Source: Octopus vulgaris (taxonomy: Eukaryota). Taken from it: a DNA stretch of 64,000 bases. Location: assembly GCA_951406725.2 (NCBI GenBank), contig OX597816.1, positions 131,998,001-132,062,000 of the forward strand, written 5' to 3'. How positions within the stretch are numbered: position 1 is the first letter of the stretch; every line of letters starts with the position of its first letter. Of this stretch, positions 49,675 through 62,569 are shown in pieces. A program made the position numbers and the translations under genes. Under the pieces are notes generated by a model. It was not told the DNA's origin. It ran no database searches and worked only from the letters and a program-made list of their open reading frames with translations.

Positions 49675-51140
49675 CATCATCATCATCATTTAGTGTCTGT
49701 TGTCCATGCTGGCATAGATTGGACAATTTGACCAGGGCTGGTAAGCTGAGTGGCTGCAAGAGACTCTAGTCTGATTTGGCATGGTTTCTACAGCTGGATG
49801 GCCTTCCTAACGCCCACCACTCTGAGAGTGTAATAGGTGCTTTTACATGCCACTGACACAAGTATCAGTATGCATGACATCAATACATACCACAACTACG
49901 ATTTCACTTGGCTTGATGGGTCTTCTCAAGCACGGCATATTGCCAAAGGTCTTAGTCATTTGTCATTGCTTCCATGAAGCTTAGCACTCAGAAGGTGTTT
50001 TTTACGTGCCATCAGCACAGGTGCTAGTTACGCAACACCAGCATCAGCCACATTGCCTCCATGAGGCCCAATGCTCGAAAGGTGCTTTTTACATGCCACC
50101 AGTAGAGGTGCTAGTTACATGACACTGACTATAACTACAGCTATGCTTTACTTGGCTTGACAGGTCTTTTTTAGCATGGTATATCACCAAAGGTCCCATG
50201 AGGCCCAGTGTTTAAAGATCCATGAGGCCCAATGTTTAAAGACCATACTTCACCACCTCACCTCATGTCTTCCTAGCTTCCTTCCACTGGTAGAGATCAG
50301 CACTTCTTCACACAACTGTCCATATCTATATGCATCACATGACCATACCAATGCAGTTGTTTCTCTTGCATACCACATCGGATGCCTCTTATGCCCAGCT
50401 TTTCTCTCAAGACACTTACACTTTGTCATACATGCACACTGACATTACACATTCAGCAAAGCATACTAACTTCATTTCTTTCAAGCCTACACATATCACA
50501 GCCCATGTTTCACTGCCATATAGCATAGCTGTTCATACAAAGGCATCATACAATCTACCTTTCACTCTGAGGAAGAAACATTTTGTTACCAACAGAGGTA
50601 GGAGTTCTCTGTACATTACCCAATCTATTCTTATTCTAGCAGCTATGCTCTCAGAGCATCCACCACCCACCGCTACTGACTTGGTCATCAAGATAATGAA
50701 AGTTATCAACTACTTCTAGCTTTCCCCCTTGGCATTTGATGGAGTCTTTTTGTTGCACATTTTTAGTGTTTATTGTACCTGTGCACCTACCACACACAAA
50801 AACTATTTTCCCCTTTAACCTTCCTCTGATATTGCTACACCTTTTATGTGACCATAGCTTGCACTGGGTACTTCTGATGGTATTTCTGTCTCCCCCTTTC
50901 CTACAGATCAAGCAGAGCCATCTACCTGAGGAGATTTGTGATTTGTCTGCCTACTTACTAAGATTTTGGTTTTTGCAAGTTTAACTCTTTGACCCTTCAA
51001 TTGTAGACCTTGCTTCCATACCTGAAACTTCTTGTCTTGTTCTGGGAGTGAGTGCTGGGAGTGATTCAGCTCTGTGACTGGTTCAAATTTTGGGAGTGAT
51101 TCAATTTCTGGGAGTGATTCAATTTCTGGGAGTGATTTCA
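49675..51140 (-). mobile_element. RTE-clade LINE 3' portion
   Basis: Homologous to 20074-21615; Cys-rich ORF 50651-50911; (CAT)n tail at 49675; 18-bp tandem repeats at 51090-51140. Confidence 0.88.
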
Positions 51141-51904
51141 TTATGAAAGTAGCGAGCAAGCAGTATTGTCATCATGCTGTATAGAATGATTTGAGGCATT
51201 TCTTCCGGCAGTTCAGTTCTGCTGAGGTTGACTTTGGCTCTCACCCTTTCAGCGTCAATAAAATAAGTACCAACTGAGCACTGGGGTCGGTGTAATCAAC
51301 TAACACTCTTCCCCAAATTTTCGGGCTTTGTGCCTATAAAAAAATGAATTATTATTATCATTAGCTCTGTAGGGTCAATAAAATACCAGTCAAGAACTGG
51401 CTTTAATCAATACTATTAACTAAAACCCTCTTCTACTTCAAAATTGTCAGCTTCGTGCCTAATTAGAAACTGTTATTAATATTATTATGTTCAGTCATCT
51501 CCGTTGAAGAGGCTCTGTGAAACATTCATAACTATTCAAATGATCCCTAATAAATAACAGTATATATTTCCCAAATGCTGTTGGGTCGTCTCATTTAGCC
51601 CTGATTCATTTGACCTATGTAAAAGTGGTTGTCAACCAAATAGCTGACAGTGACCTTCAATTATCATTGATTAATGAAGCAAAGCTGGAACATTTGAAAA
51701 TACTTGGCACTTTTTTTTTTTTTCAAATTTCATATGATGAGGACTCAATCTTGGCATTGAAAACCTTTAACCAGCTTTGAGTGAATTTCATGACCTACCA
51801 CACAGTCATTTACTTGAAGAATTTTTTTCCTGGTTTGCTGTTAAGTGGGTCAGGAAAGTTTAAGGCTTTGTCCTCAAATGCATATCTCTATTGTAGGTGC
51901 TATA

Positions 51905-52122
51905 TAACTTTTTTTTATACCAAGCCACCTGAGACCCCTCTGGTTGTATGAGAAAAACCTTCTATTTAAAGTGATCTAAATTACAACCTTCCATCAAAAC
52001 TTTTGATAATTTATGTTCTAAACACCAATAACAAATTTATTTTACTAAATTCTTCATTAGTTTCAAAATTAGTTGCAACTAAGACAGTATATTTCAGTAC
52101 AAATACAGTAACAAAAGGTTAA
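51905..52122. mobile_element. Degenerate piggyBac-like MITE
   Basis: Right end GTAACAAAAGGTTAA; related sequence at about 52360-52480 and 16770-16865. Confidence 0.4.
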
Positions 52123-52874
52123 AATTCTAGAATTTATGTTTGATGTACTTGACCCTCATACTAGCTGAGTCTGATGACTGCCTCTCATTCTTCATATTTC
52201 AATGAAAATTTTCCATTTTAGCATTGTGTAAGAAGCATTGGTTTAAACTTTATTCCAAAAAGCAATTTAATGATTGTTTCTAACAATTTTTAAGAGATCT
52301 AACTAAAAATTACTAGTCATTTTGTCAACTATTCTACCAGTATTTTTTTTTTTCAATCAACCTACCTTTAAAAGCTAATTTAATAACGACAAATAAGTTA
52401 TTTATTCATTGTTTTTGAAATTAATTCACACAAAAAGTGTTATTTTGTTACTAATATGGTCAGAAGAGGGTTGGTTAAACCTCACTCTAAAATTCATATA
52501 CCCTTTTCATATCATTACTGTCTCACTTTTACAGCCTATATATATATATATATTTCTTTTCTCCCCTTCAAATTCAAGGAATCAATAAGAAATAAGTGGG
52601 GAATGGGGAGAGGTAATAATGATATACTTATGTATTCAATCAAAAATTTAGCAAGAAGAGATCTTTGGTTTGTTTTCTGTATTTGAATTTAGGCAGGTGA
52701 TATTAAAGAAGATATTAATCTAAAATGTTATATCCACAATTCAAAAAGTTACAGATTATAAATTGCTAGACTTGATAGAATTGGCTAGAAACATATAAGG
52801 AAGTAAGTTAAAATACATGTCAGTTTAAAGTAAACTGAGCTTGAAAAAATTGTGCTGTAACAAACAATCATTTC

Positions 52875-53285
52875 CATCATCATTTAATGTCTGCTTTCGA
52901 TGCTTGAATGGATGAGACTGAGTTTGTTGAGGTGAAATTTCTGTAGCTGGATGCTCTTCCTGTCAACAACTCTCACTTGTTTCCACGCAAAGTAGCATTT
53001 TCCCATAGCATGACATTATTTTATAGAAGACTGGGAAAGAATAAACTTCTTTGTATGATGGAGATTCTCATTTAGAACCATTATATGAATTCAAGACAAG
53101 GGTACATACAAACACACACACACACACACAACAAGCTTCCTTCAATTTATGTCTACTAATTCCACTCACATGACTTTGGCCAGCCAGGTCTATTACAGAA
53201 AGCACCCAAGCTGCCATGTAATGGAACTGAACTTAAAACCCTATGGTCAGAAAGCAAACTTATTAACCACACAGCCATGTCTGTG
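52875..53285 (-). mobile_element. SINE family A with RTE-type tail
   Basis: Reverse complement of the 9171-9580 architecture. Confidence 0.72.
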
Positions 53286-53969
53286 CCATGATGACTGAAA
53301 ATATTATTTTTGATGCTTACATGTTGCTTTTCATTTACAAAGGATTTCTACTGAGAAATAAAGCTTCAAGCAAATGTCTACACCTCAAAGAATATTTCAG
53401 AGAACAGTTTGCAATGTTGTTTGTAGCTAAAACTGCAATTATTGGTTACTATAAGACATTTTCATAAGGCAGAATTTCCCTGGAAACAGTATTCTGTATA
53501 CAAACACAAAGAATTATTTTTTCTTTTGACTCCTAAACTACAACATTATATGAAGAAAAGAAAAGAAAAAGAATAATACACTCCATGGATTTCCTCTTGA
53601 CTGCAAATTATTTCTATCTATAATAAAATGTCAATTAAAGTCACTGGTTATGTCATGCTGTTGATTCTTAAAAAGAATGAAATAATACTATACATGGTTA
53701 CCATCATTGAGAAATTTTAAGTGTCTTAATAACGAAACAAAATTAAATGCATGAATGCTTTGCATTTTTATAATTTCTTACGTTCAAATTCAAAAATTCT
53801 AATCCTACATCATATTGCAAAGAAATGATTATTTCCTTTGTCACAGTTCCAACTAAAAAGGAAACTATGTGTGTTTGAAAAATTTCATAGCTATACTGAA
53901 AAGTAGATTTAATTCATATAAGGTGACATAATTTGCATATTGGTGTATTAATATTGTGAGTCCATTTAT

Positions 53970-54710
53970 GTATGTGTCAGTTTTATTTCAACATTTCTTA
54001 CCAATACAGAAAGAGCCAGTTTCTAACCTTGATCCAAGGCTCCTTCATTGGAATTTCAATAACATCAACAGTGTATTTGTGCATGTATGCATATATGTGC
54101 AGTTTTGGGAGTCAGTGCATGTGAAGATTTGTATATATAGTTGTATGTCTAGATATGCGCATATATACTTAAATGATAAACTTCTGGAAGGTTTTACAGA
54201 TTTTTACAGTTCCAGTGATGGCTTGGATCTGTAGCCTTCAAATCAGCTTTCTCCTTTCTGGTTTTGGGAAGCCTAATTTCTCAAGATTGGTATTTAGGTA
54301 GTGTGTAACATATTCAAGTACCCCAATAATTACAGGTATAAACCTGAACTTGTAATCTGGACAGAGTAACTGTAGATTTCTCAATAGTTCAGCAAAGGTA
54401 TTTTCTTTTATGTTGATCATTAGCTTTATATTAACATCTATTGGGCAGCTGATTTCCACAACTGTACATGGTTTCTCTTTTCTATCTATAATCACTATGT
54501 CAGGTCTATTATGTTTACAGTTTATTTAGGTTTTCACAGGGACATTTCACCAGTACTCCTTATTATGAATGGCTACGGCTTCTACCATACTGAGGGCTCT
54601 CATTTCTTTGACCTCAGGGTTATCCTTCCAATGGATCTCATTATACAATGTCTTAGCTATAACATCATGTCTCATTGGTAGATAAAATGATGACATTATC
54701 AGACAACTGT
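53970..54710 (-). mobile_element. R4/Dong-type 3' part, family 2
   Basis: ORF 54238-54495 VVEISCPID.NI...KENT.AELL; 3' UTR shared with 12212-12457. Confidence 0.85.
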
Positions 54711-55277
54711 TTTTATACATATATATTGTGTCACATTCTTTTGGAATGTGATTTAAAGTATGTGAATCTTACTAAATTTCAGATATTGTCCCTTGTCTCT
54801 CTTGGTAAGAATTTTTGTTAGCACTAAGTTTCTTCTCTTCACAGCTGTAATTTCTTTACATTAAAAACTATTTTGTGGATCATAATTTTAAGCATGTTAG
54901 CCTGCACTTCATTATATACTCTTCATACAGATGACTCCCCAGGAAAAACTTTCTATTGTTATTACACTGAATAGGACACTTGATTAGATAGAAACTCAGC
55001 AGATTTAAATATTTGTATTCTATAACTATATTGGCATGAATTTTTTTCTTTAATTTCAGGAGTTAATATGTGCTGGCCTTTTGAGAAGTTCAAATATTTA
55101 ATCAGAATAGAGCTAACAAATTTTTTTTTCTTGTAAAGGATTAGGCCTGTTTTAAGATGATTAACTATTTCTAGAGTGATTTATAGATATAAAGTGTGTT
55201 TATCATTGTAGGCTTTTGTAAAATATTGCTTCTGTATCGCTTCTAATAGGATTCCAAGGTTATAAAGGTAATTAAGA

Positions 55278-55383
<106 letters not shown>

Positions 55384-55444
55384 GATATGCATATGTATAC
55401 ATGTGTGTGTGTGTGTGTATATGTATATACATACATACATACAT

Positions 55445-55602
55445 GATGGGCTTCTTTCAGTTTCTATTAACGAAATCTACTCACAAGGCTTTTGATGGTT
55501 CTGGGCTGTAGTAGAAGAGATTTGTCTATGGTGTCATGCAGTGGGACTGGACTTGGAACCATGTGACTGAGAAGCAAACTTTTTTTAGCACACAGTCATA
55601 CA
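55445..55602 (-). mobile_element. SINE family A head
   Basis: Reverse-complement head match. Confidence 0.75.
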
Positions 55603-56110
55603 CTTTGTATGTGTGTGTGTGTGTGCATGCGTTTGTGTGTGTGTGTGTGTGTGTGTGCATGCACCTGTTTGTTTGAGTATCTGAATAATATTAAGAATTA
55701 GATGTTTGAAAATGTTGGGTAAACTCAATGAATTTGGCTGTGATGGGAAAATAAGTAATAGAATTCTTTGGGTGGTCTAGAAATTCCAAAATTCTAAACC
55801 ACTGGGCGCAGTACATCTTCATCTGATCTAGGAGACAATGGCACATTCTTCTATCATGCTGAGACTGTCTAAGATTCAACAAGACTATCAGGAAATGCTG
55901 CTTCTCATTCAATATTTGACTTGTACTTTGATGTTTGGAAAATTGGAAGATTGCCATTCCAGAAACACAGCAAGCTGGATGGAATTAGTATAAGACAACT
56001 TCATTTTAGCAAAGTCAGTCAAAGATGGTATTCATCTCGACACAGAATGTGTGCTGACATTGTGATCAACATTCAGTGTGGTTATGAAATGTGCAGGCAT
56101 GCATGCACTT

Positions 56111-56187
<77 letters not shown>

Positions 56188-56410
56188 AGCTTGTATGTGT
56201 GGGTCTCATTCTTTCGAATTGGTTGAGGGTCAGCAGAGAAATATGATTTGGAGATTTTTATGGTCTTACAAATTGTATTTCAAGAGGAAGAAAATAACCT
56301 ATAGCAGATGGAAATTATCACTGATGTTATAATTGTATAATTACATGCATAGGAGTGTTAATACAAATAATATAAATTATATGTATATACATACATAAAC
56401 ATATATGTTT

Positions 56411-56470
<60 letters not shown>

Positions 56471-56965
56471 TTAGACATATACATATACATTTACATATAC
56501 ATATACATATACATTACATGTGCATGCATGCACACATGCATGCACACATGCATGCACACATGCATGCACATACACACACATACAAACACACATGCATGCA
56601 CACAAACATACACACACATCCATATACATATATATATATATGTATATGTATATGTATATGTATAAAGATATATATATATATATATTTTATTTTGTACTTA
56701 TTTCAGTCATTTGACTGTGGCCATGCTGGTGTAGTCTTGGAGAAGTTTAACCAAATGGATCGACCCCAGTACTTATTGCTCTTTTGTAAAGCATGGCACT
56801 TATTCTATTGGACCCTTTAGCTGAACTGCTAAATTAAGGGGACATAAACACATACACATCTGTTGTCAAGTGGTAGTTGGGTCAAACACAGACATAATGA
56901 CACACATACATATACATACATACATATATATGTATATGTATATATATTATATATATATATATATA

Positions 56966-57485
56966 TTGAAGGCATGGCTGCTCTTGATTATTGGAATCGC
57001 CTTAAAGCCTTGAAACTGTACTCTCTCCAGCGTCGCCGTGAGCGGTACATCATTTGTACGATGTGGAGAATATACCGCCAACTTTGCCCAAACGACCTGA
57101 ACATTAGCTTCAAGGTTCATCCAAGACTGGGACCACGGGCCATACGTCCCCTGCCCAATTCAAGATGACAACATACATGTACACTGCAACATAATTTCTT
57201 TTCCTCAACAGGCCCTGCCCTATTTAACATTGTTCCGAAAGAGATCAAAGAGGAAAAGGATCCCATCAACTTTAAACGGAGTCTGGATAGATTCCTTCAA
57301 GGAATACCAGATAAGCCACCCATAATTGGATACAACTCACCCAACAAAAACTCACTACTTGAATGGACCATAAACAAAACTTGACTTAAACAGGATTCAA
57401 ATAATGCTATCAGGTGGTGCTATTAAGTTAGACATGGCCTGGACCAATCTTTGGTCGAAACATATCTAAGTTTTATCTAAGTTTT
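56966..57485 (+). mobile_element. 5'-truncated CR1-group LINE inserted in (TA)n
   Basis: YWNRLKALKLYSLQRRRERY...; 3' end CATGGCC-hairpin-GAAAC; tail ATCTAAGTTTT twice. Confidence 0.88.
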
Positions 57486-57499
57486 ATATATATATATAT

Positions 57500-57901
57500 T
57501 CTTTTACTTGTTCCAGGCATTTGACTGTGGCCATACTGGAGCACTGCCTTGAAGGGTTTTAGTCAAACAAATTGAACCCAGGACTTATTTTTTAAAGCCT
57601 AGTATTTATTCTATCAGTATCTTTTGCCAAACCACTAGGTTATGGGGGATGTAAACACACCAACACCAGTTGACTGGGGGACAAACACAGACACAAAGAC
57701 ACAGATACATACGCACACAGGCACACACACACACACTCACATGCTTTCAAATCCACTAAATCTACCAAATCCACTCACAAGGCTTTAATTGGCTTGAGGC
57801 TATAGTAGAAGACACTTGCCCAAGGTGCCACACATTGGGACTAAACCTAGAACCATGTGGTTGGGAAGCAAGCTTCTTACCACTCAGCCATGCTTACGCC
57901 T
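57500..57901 (-). mobile_element. Full-length SINE family A with CR1-type tail
   Basis: Head at 57745-57901 and tail at 57500-57715. Confidence 0.85.
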
Positions 57902-58214
57902 GTATATATTCATATGTAATGTATATGCATATAGTTATTTGGGGATAGTTGGACATATAGTTACATGGACTGTGCAGATTGTAAATCAATCAGTGTAGTC
58001 ATGTACATGGAATGTTCAATTGATTTTCTTTTTATTATGTTATTGATTTTTAGCTTTTCTATTTAAGGAATTCATGAATGCTGTTGTCACCATGTTATAA
58101 TGCAGCTGTGGCTTGTTGTACAATGTTGTCTGAGATATTGTGTGGCTTAAGTCATTTTAGTATACTTTATGATAAACCTGATATAGTACCCAAAAAATGA
58201 GGGCAACAGGAACA

Positions 58215-58480
58215 CTCATACTGAGGCATCACGGTTTCGATTCCCAGACCGGGTGTTGTGAGTGTTTATTGAGCGAAAACACCTAAAGCTCCACGAAGCT
58301 CCGGCAGGGGGTGGTGGCGACCCCTGTTGTACTCTTTCGCCCAACTTTCTCTCACTCTTTCTTCCTGTTTCTTGAGTAATACTGCAATGGGCTGGCGTCC
58401 CATCCAGCTGGGGGGAACACATATGAGATAGAAAATGGGCCCATGAGCCTGGCTAGACTTGAAAAGGGTGCATAAATGAA
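58215..58480 (+). mobile_element. Young SINE B-related element (5' A box missing)
   Basis: B box GGTTTCGATTCC; CTGCAATGGGCTGGCGTCCCATCCAG; CpG-rich. Confidence 0.7.
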
Positions 58481-59064
58481 TGAAAAAATAATGCATCGCG
58501 AGAGGAACTCATCGAAGTCTTCTTTTTCACCATTCAATTCTCGACACATGCTTGCTTTGTTCTCCTGCATGATTCAATCCTTTCTGAACACTTTCGTTGT
58601 TTTGGTCCTTATATTCCTCAGAAGGTTTTGATACAGAAAGTCCTTAACTGAAGATAGATGGATTTATTTTGCTGTCTTTTATACTTTTGTTCTTTTGCTT
58701 GTTGCAGTCATTAAACTGCAGTGGAGTTGGGAAACTTTCTTGAAGAATTTATTTGATCACTCAAAGTGATCCCATTACTTATATTTTAAGCATAGAACTT
58801 ATTTTAGCAATCTCCATTTGTCACAATGCTAAATTATGAGACATCTGTCTTTATGGTGTGAGTGCTAGGTCAGATGTATCTGCATATATACACACATATG
58901 TACATTTACATACTTACATGCATAAATACAGACACTTACTTATATTTATAGAAATTGATAGCTAGAAAATATTGATTTAACTGGACCTCAGGTTTTGTTT
59001 ACAATGCTTTATTCATCCAGTTCAATAAGTTGTTAAAAGTGAAATATATATACATATATATATC

Positions 59065-59296
59065 TTTCATCTTTTACTTATTTCAGTCACTAGACTGCAG
59101 CCATTCTGGAGCATTACCTTGAACAATTTCTTTTAGTCAAAAGAATTGACCTCAGGGCTTATTCTTTGTAAGCCTAGTACTTATTCTATTGGTCTCTTTT
59201 GCTGAACTGCTAAGTTACAGGGATGTAGACACACCAACATCTGTTGTCAAGTGATGTTGAGGCAACAAACACAGATACACAAACATATACGCACAC

Positions 59297-59327
<31 letters not shown>

Positions 59328-59454
59328 CGATGGGCCTCTTTCAGTTTCCAACTACCAAATTCACTCACAAAGCCCAAGGTGCCACACAGTGGGACTGAAC
59401 CCAGAACCATTTGGTTGGTAAGCAAGCTGCTTACTGTACAGCCACTCCTGTGCC
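59065..59454 (-). mobile_element. SINE family A with CR1-type tail
   Basis: Same architecture as 57500-57901, with an internal deletion. Confidence 0.83.
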
Positions 59455-60245
59455 TATATATATATATATTCTTTTATTCTTTTATTCTTTTACTTGTTTC
59501 AGTCAGTTGTTTTCAGCCATACTGGAGCAACAACTTTAGTTGAAAAAATTAATTTGGTGTGGAGAGGGAGAAAATTAAAATATTGAGAACATGCTTTGTG
59601 AGTGAAATCATAATCGCCTGTATCGCAAACATAGGAATTAGAAGAAATTTAGGAAAAAAATAGTGGTGGGGAACGGAAATGTCACCTTGGACATGCTAGA
59701 AAGAAGAGGTAAAGGAGAGGATTTCTGTGAGAACTTCCTTTTAAGTTTGTATTGAAAATCAGGATTTTAAATACGCTCATCACAAACACAAATTACACAA
59801 TAGAAAAAGATCATTTCAATTGGATTTGAGCTGTAAATTTGCACGTTCACACTGCAAGAATTAACATAATTTGCACATAAGTTTTACCTAGAGTGTGTGT
59901 ACGCATGTGTGAGTGTGTCACAGGAGGTGATTTTATGGCATTCTTTCATTTGAAGAAGCAAAGTTGTCAACTCGACATATATGGGATTGTTTGTTAATTT
60001 CCATGAAATTGTTTTACTTTCAGTATGCTTTGAAGAGAACAGAATTTGAAAGAGAGTATAAAGTGAAAAGGCAACATTTGCTTTGAAGCGAGAAAAGAAA
60101 GTAAAAGAGAGAAGAAAGTGTAAGATGTACATGTATATGAAATGGATGCGTGTGTAAAAGAGAGTGAGTGAGTAAAGGTGTGTGTTGTGATGTATGAATT
60201 TTTTTGCATGTATGTGCAAGTGGTACTCACTCTATCTCTCTCATT

Positions 60246-60283
<38 letters not shown>

Positions 60284-61002
60284 TTATCTTTCATATACAT
60301 GTACATAAATAGGTGGAGGTAAAGAATATGCATGCTGCCCGTTTTCAGCATAACCGTAACCCTAAACAGTGGGAGTGCGTGTTATTGACCTTCGCCCATA
60401 AATATATTTGCATCCATCGTTTTTGTGCATGAGAGAGAGAGAGAGAGGCTGTATTTCCTCATAACATATAGAAAAATGGATGTCTTTTAGTGCAATGTTT
60501 TTGTTTGTGGCTTATTTTAATACAATATTTATGTGTACATTTTCATAAATGTTTGTTTGTGTAGAATTCTACACATGTCAAACATCAGACGAAAATGATA
60601 CATTAGAAGTAAATCAAAGTATTGTCCAAAAATGACCTCAAAATTGTGTGACCCAACCTAGTTGCCAAGGTTATTTTAGTTGTAAAAAAGATTTGTTGAG
60701 TCAAAAACATAGTTTATTTGGTAGATAGATAATAAGCAGCTTTCTTTATTATAATACACAAGTGACTAATTTGGAGAAACATTACTTTTGTTATTCACAC
60801 ATCATCACTCTCGTACTGCAACACTTTGTAATTTTGGTTCAAATTGAAAGTGTGAAACTATTTTCATTTTCTAATGAAACCTGGTCGTTGTAGTGAAGTG
60901 TATTTGAAATAACTATAGTTGGTTATTGAAATAATGCAGAAAATATGCAAAGGAAAATAAAGTTTATTTGACATGTGTAATTGATTTGATTGTTCTGGAA
61001 GG

Positions 61003-61182
61003 AAGGTGGTGAGCTGGAATCATTAGCATGCTAGGCAAAATGCTTGAGTGGTATTTCATCTGTCTTGATGCTCTGAGTTCAAATGTTGCCGGAGTCAGTT
61101 TTGCCTTTCATCCTTTTTCGGGGATGTAATCGACTGGTTCCCTCCCCCGGAATGTCAGGCCTTGTGTTTATAGGAGAAAGGA
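61003..61182 (+). mobile_element. SINE family C
   Basis: GGTGGTGAGCTGGAATCATTAGC...GCCTTTCATCC...GGCCTTGTG. Confidence 0.78.
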
Positions 61183-61587
61183 TTTGATTGTTTTAGTCTT
61201 AACATTAGTTAGAAAGAATAGAAGTCATTTGACAACACACATTTGGTTGTAAGTGGCTATCCTTTTGCAGGTTCAATCTCAGGAATATTAAAATAATGCC
61301 CATCTTTTCCATTCCATAGAATAAGATTATACTGGAGAGTATCATAAGAGGGATGAGTCTGTGAAACATGTTTAAGGTTGCTATCTCGAACACGAATGAG
61401 AATATTATGATTTTCAATGGGATCACCAACCATAAGGATGACTACTTCATTAGATGTGGACTCATCAAAACAGTGTAAAATGTTCTTTGCTATAGTTTAA
61501 AGTGTGTGTGTGTGTGTGTATGTATATATATATATGTATGTAGTGTATATATGTATGTATGCATGTATGTGTGTATGTATATATATT

Positions 61588-62144
61588 TGTGTTAGGTCAC
61601 TTTCGAGTGCTACTGGTAACGTGTAACCCAGTACAACCTGTTGCATGGTCGGGTCGTCGGTGACTAAATTGGCAACCCCACCAAGCTTGCTTGGTGAGGA
61701 GAGTGCTTATTAGACACCCTGCGGGATGAAAAACAAAACCCGTCAAAGGGCGGAGGAACTCTTGAGAGTCAACGGCCATCCAATAAATGTTTTAAGGCAG
61801 GATCATGCGCGGGGACATAGAAATAATCGAACTGAATACCCGATCGCGCTGTTAAACCATTGGGAGTGAAGGACTCCTAGCCTTTGTTAGGGCATCCTTC
61901 TAGGAGAAGGTAACTCGGATAACTGGGATAATTCCGACATAAAACCTGCGGCTCAGTGGTTACCGATGATGTTGACTTGTTCTTCTTTTCGGATTATGGC
62001 TGCTGTTGCTTAGTGAGTGGTATTGACTCAGTGCACAGCCTTTCCCCACTTTAAAAAAAAATCTTCTTGCACAGGCATTGCACGATAACAACATTGATTA
62101 AGCTTCGTGCAATGGCCATACTTGATAACGAGGGGGCAGCCACC
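61588..62144 (+). mobile_element. CpG-rich non-coding element, probably derived from an RTE 5' UTR
   Basis: GC-rich block between TA-rich repeats; motif TAGGGCATCCTTCTAGGAGAAGGTAACTC resembles RTE 5'-UTR motifs (from recall); several hairpins. Confidence 0.5.
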
Positions 62145-62569
62145 ATATATATATATACACACACACATATACACACATACATTTATGTATTTATGTATAT
62201 GTTTTGCAAAATTCCCAATGAGAAAACATGTGTTGAAACAGATATTGTGAAAATTGGAGATGGTCAATTCTTTTTTTTTTTGGTCAATTAAACACATGCA
62301 CTATTTATTTGATCTTCACTTTAGTTTTTATTTGTAGTTAATTTTAGTTTATCAGGCTACCAAAGTTATTTCTTCACACCTTCTGTGACCTCTTCAGTGA
62401 CTCTCTGTCCCATGTGTTTCCTTTTGTCCTGCTTATTCCTGATGAAGTCCAAGAAGGTTTGACAAAAGAACAAAAGTGAGGATAAAATAAATAGTGCTCT
62501 GATCAAAATAAATAAATAGTAATTGATAAAAAAAAAAGTATAACAATATATATATATATATATATATAT

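Noticed and set aside
55690-56090. Possible exon or RT remnant
   Set aside because: Stops in all plausible frames and motifs too weak to assign.
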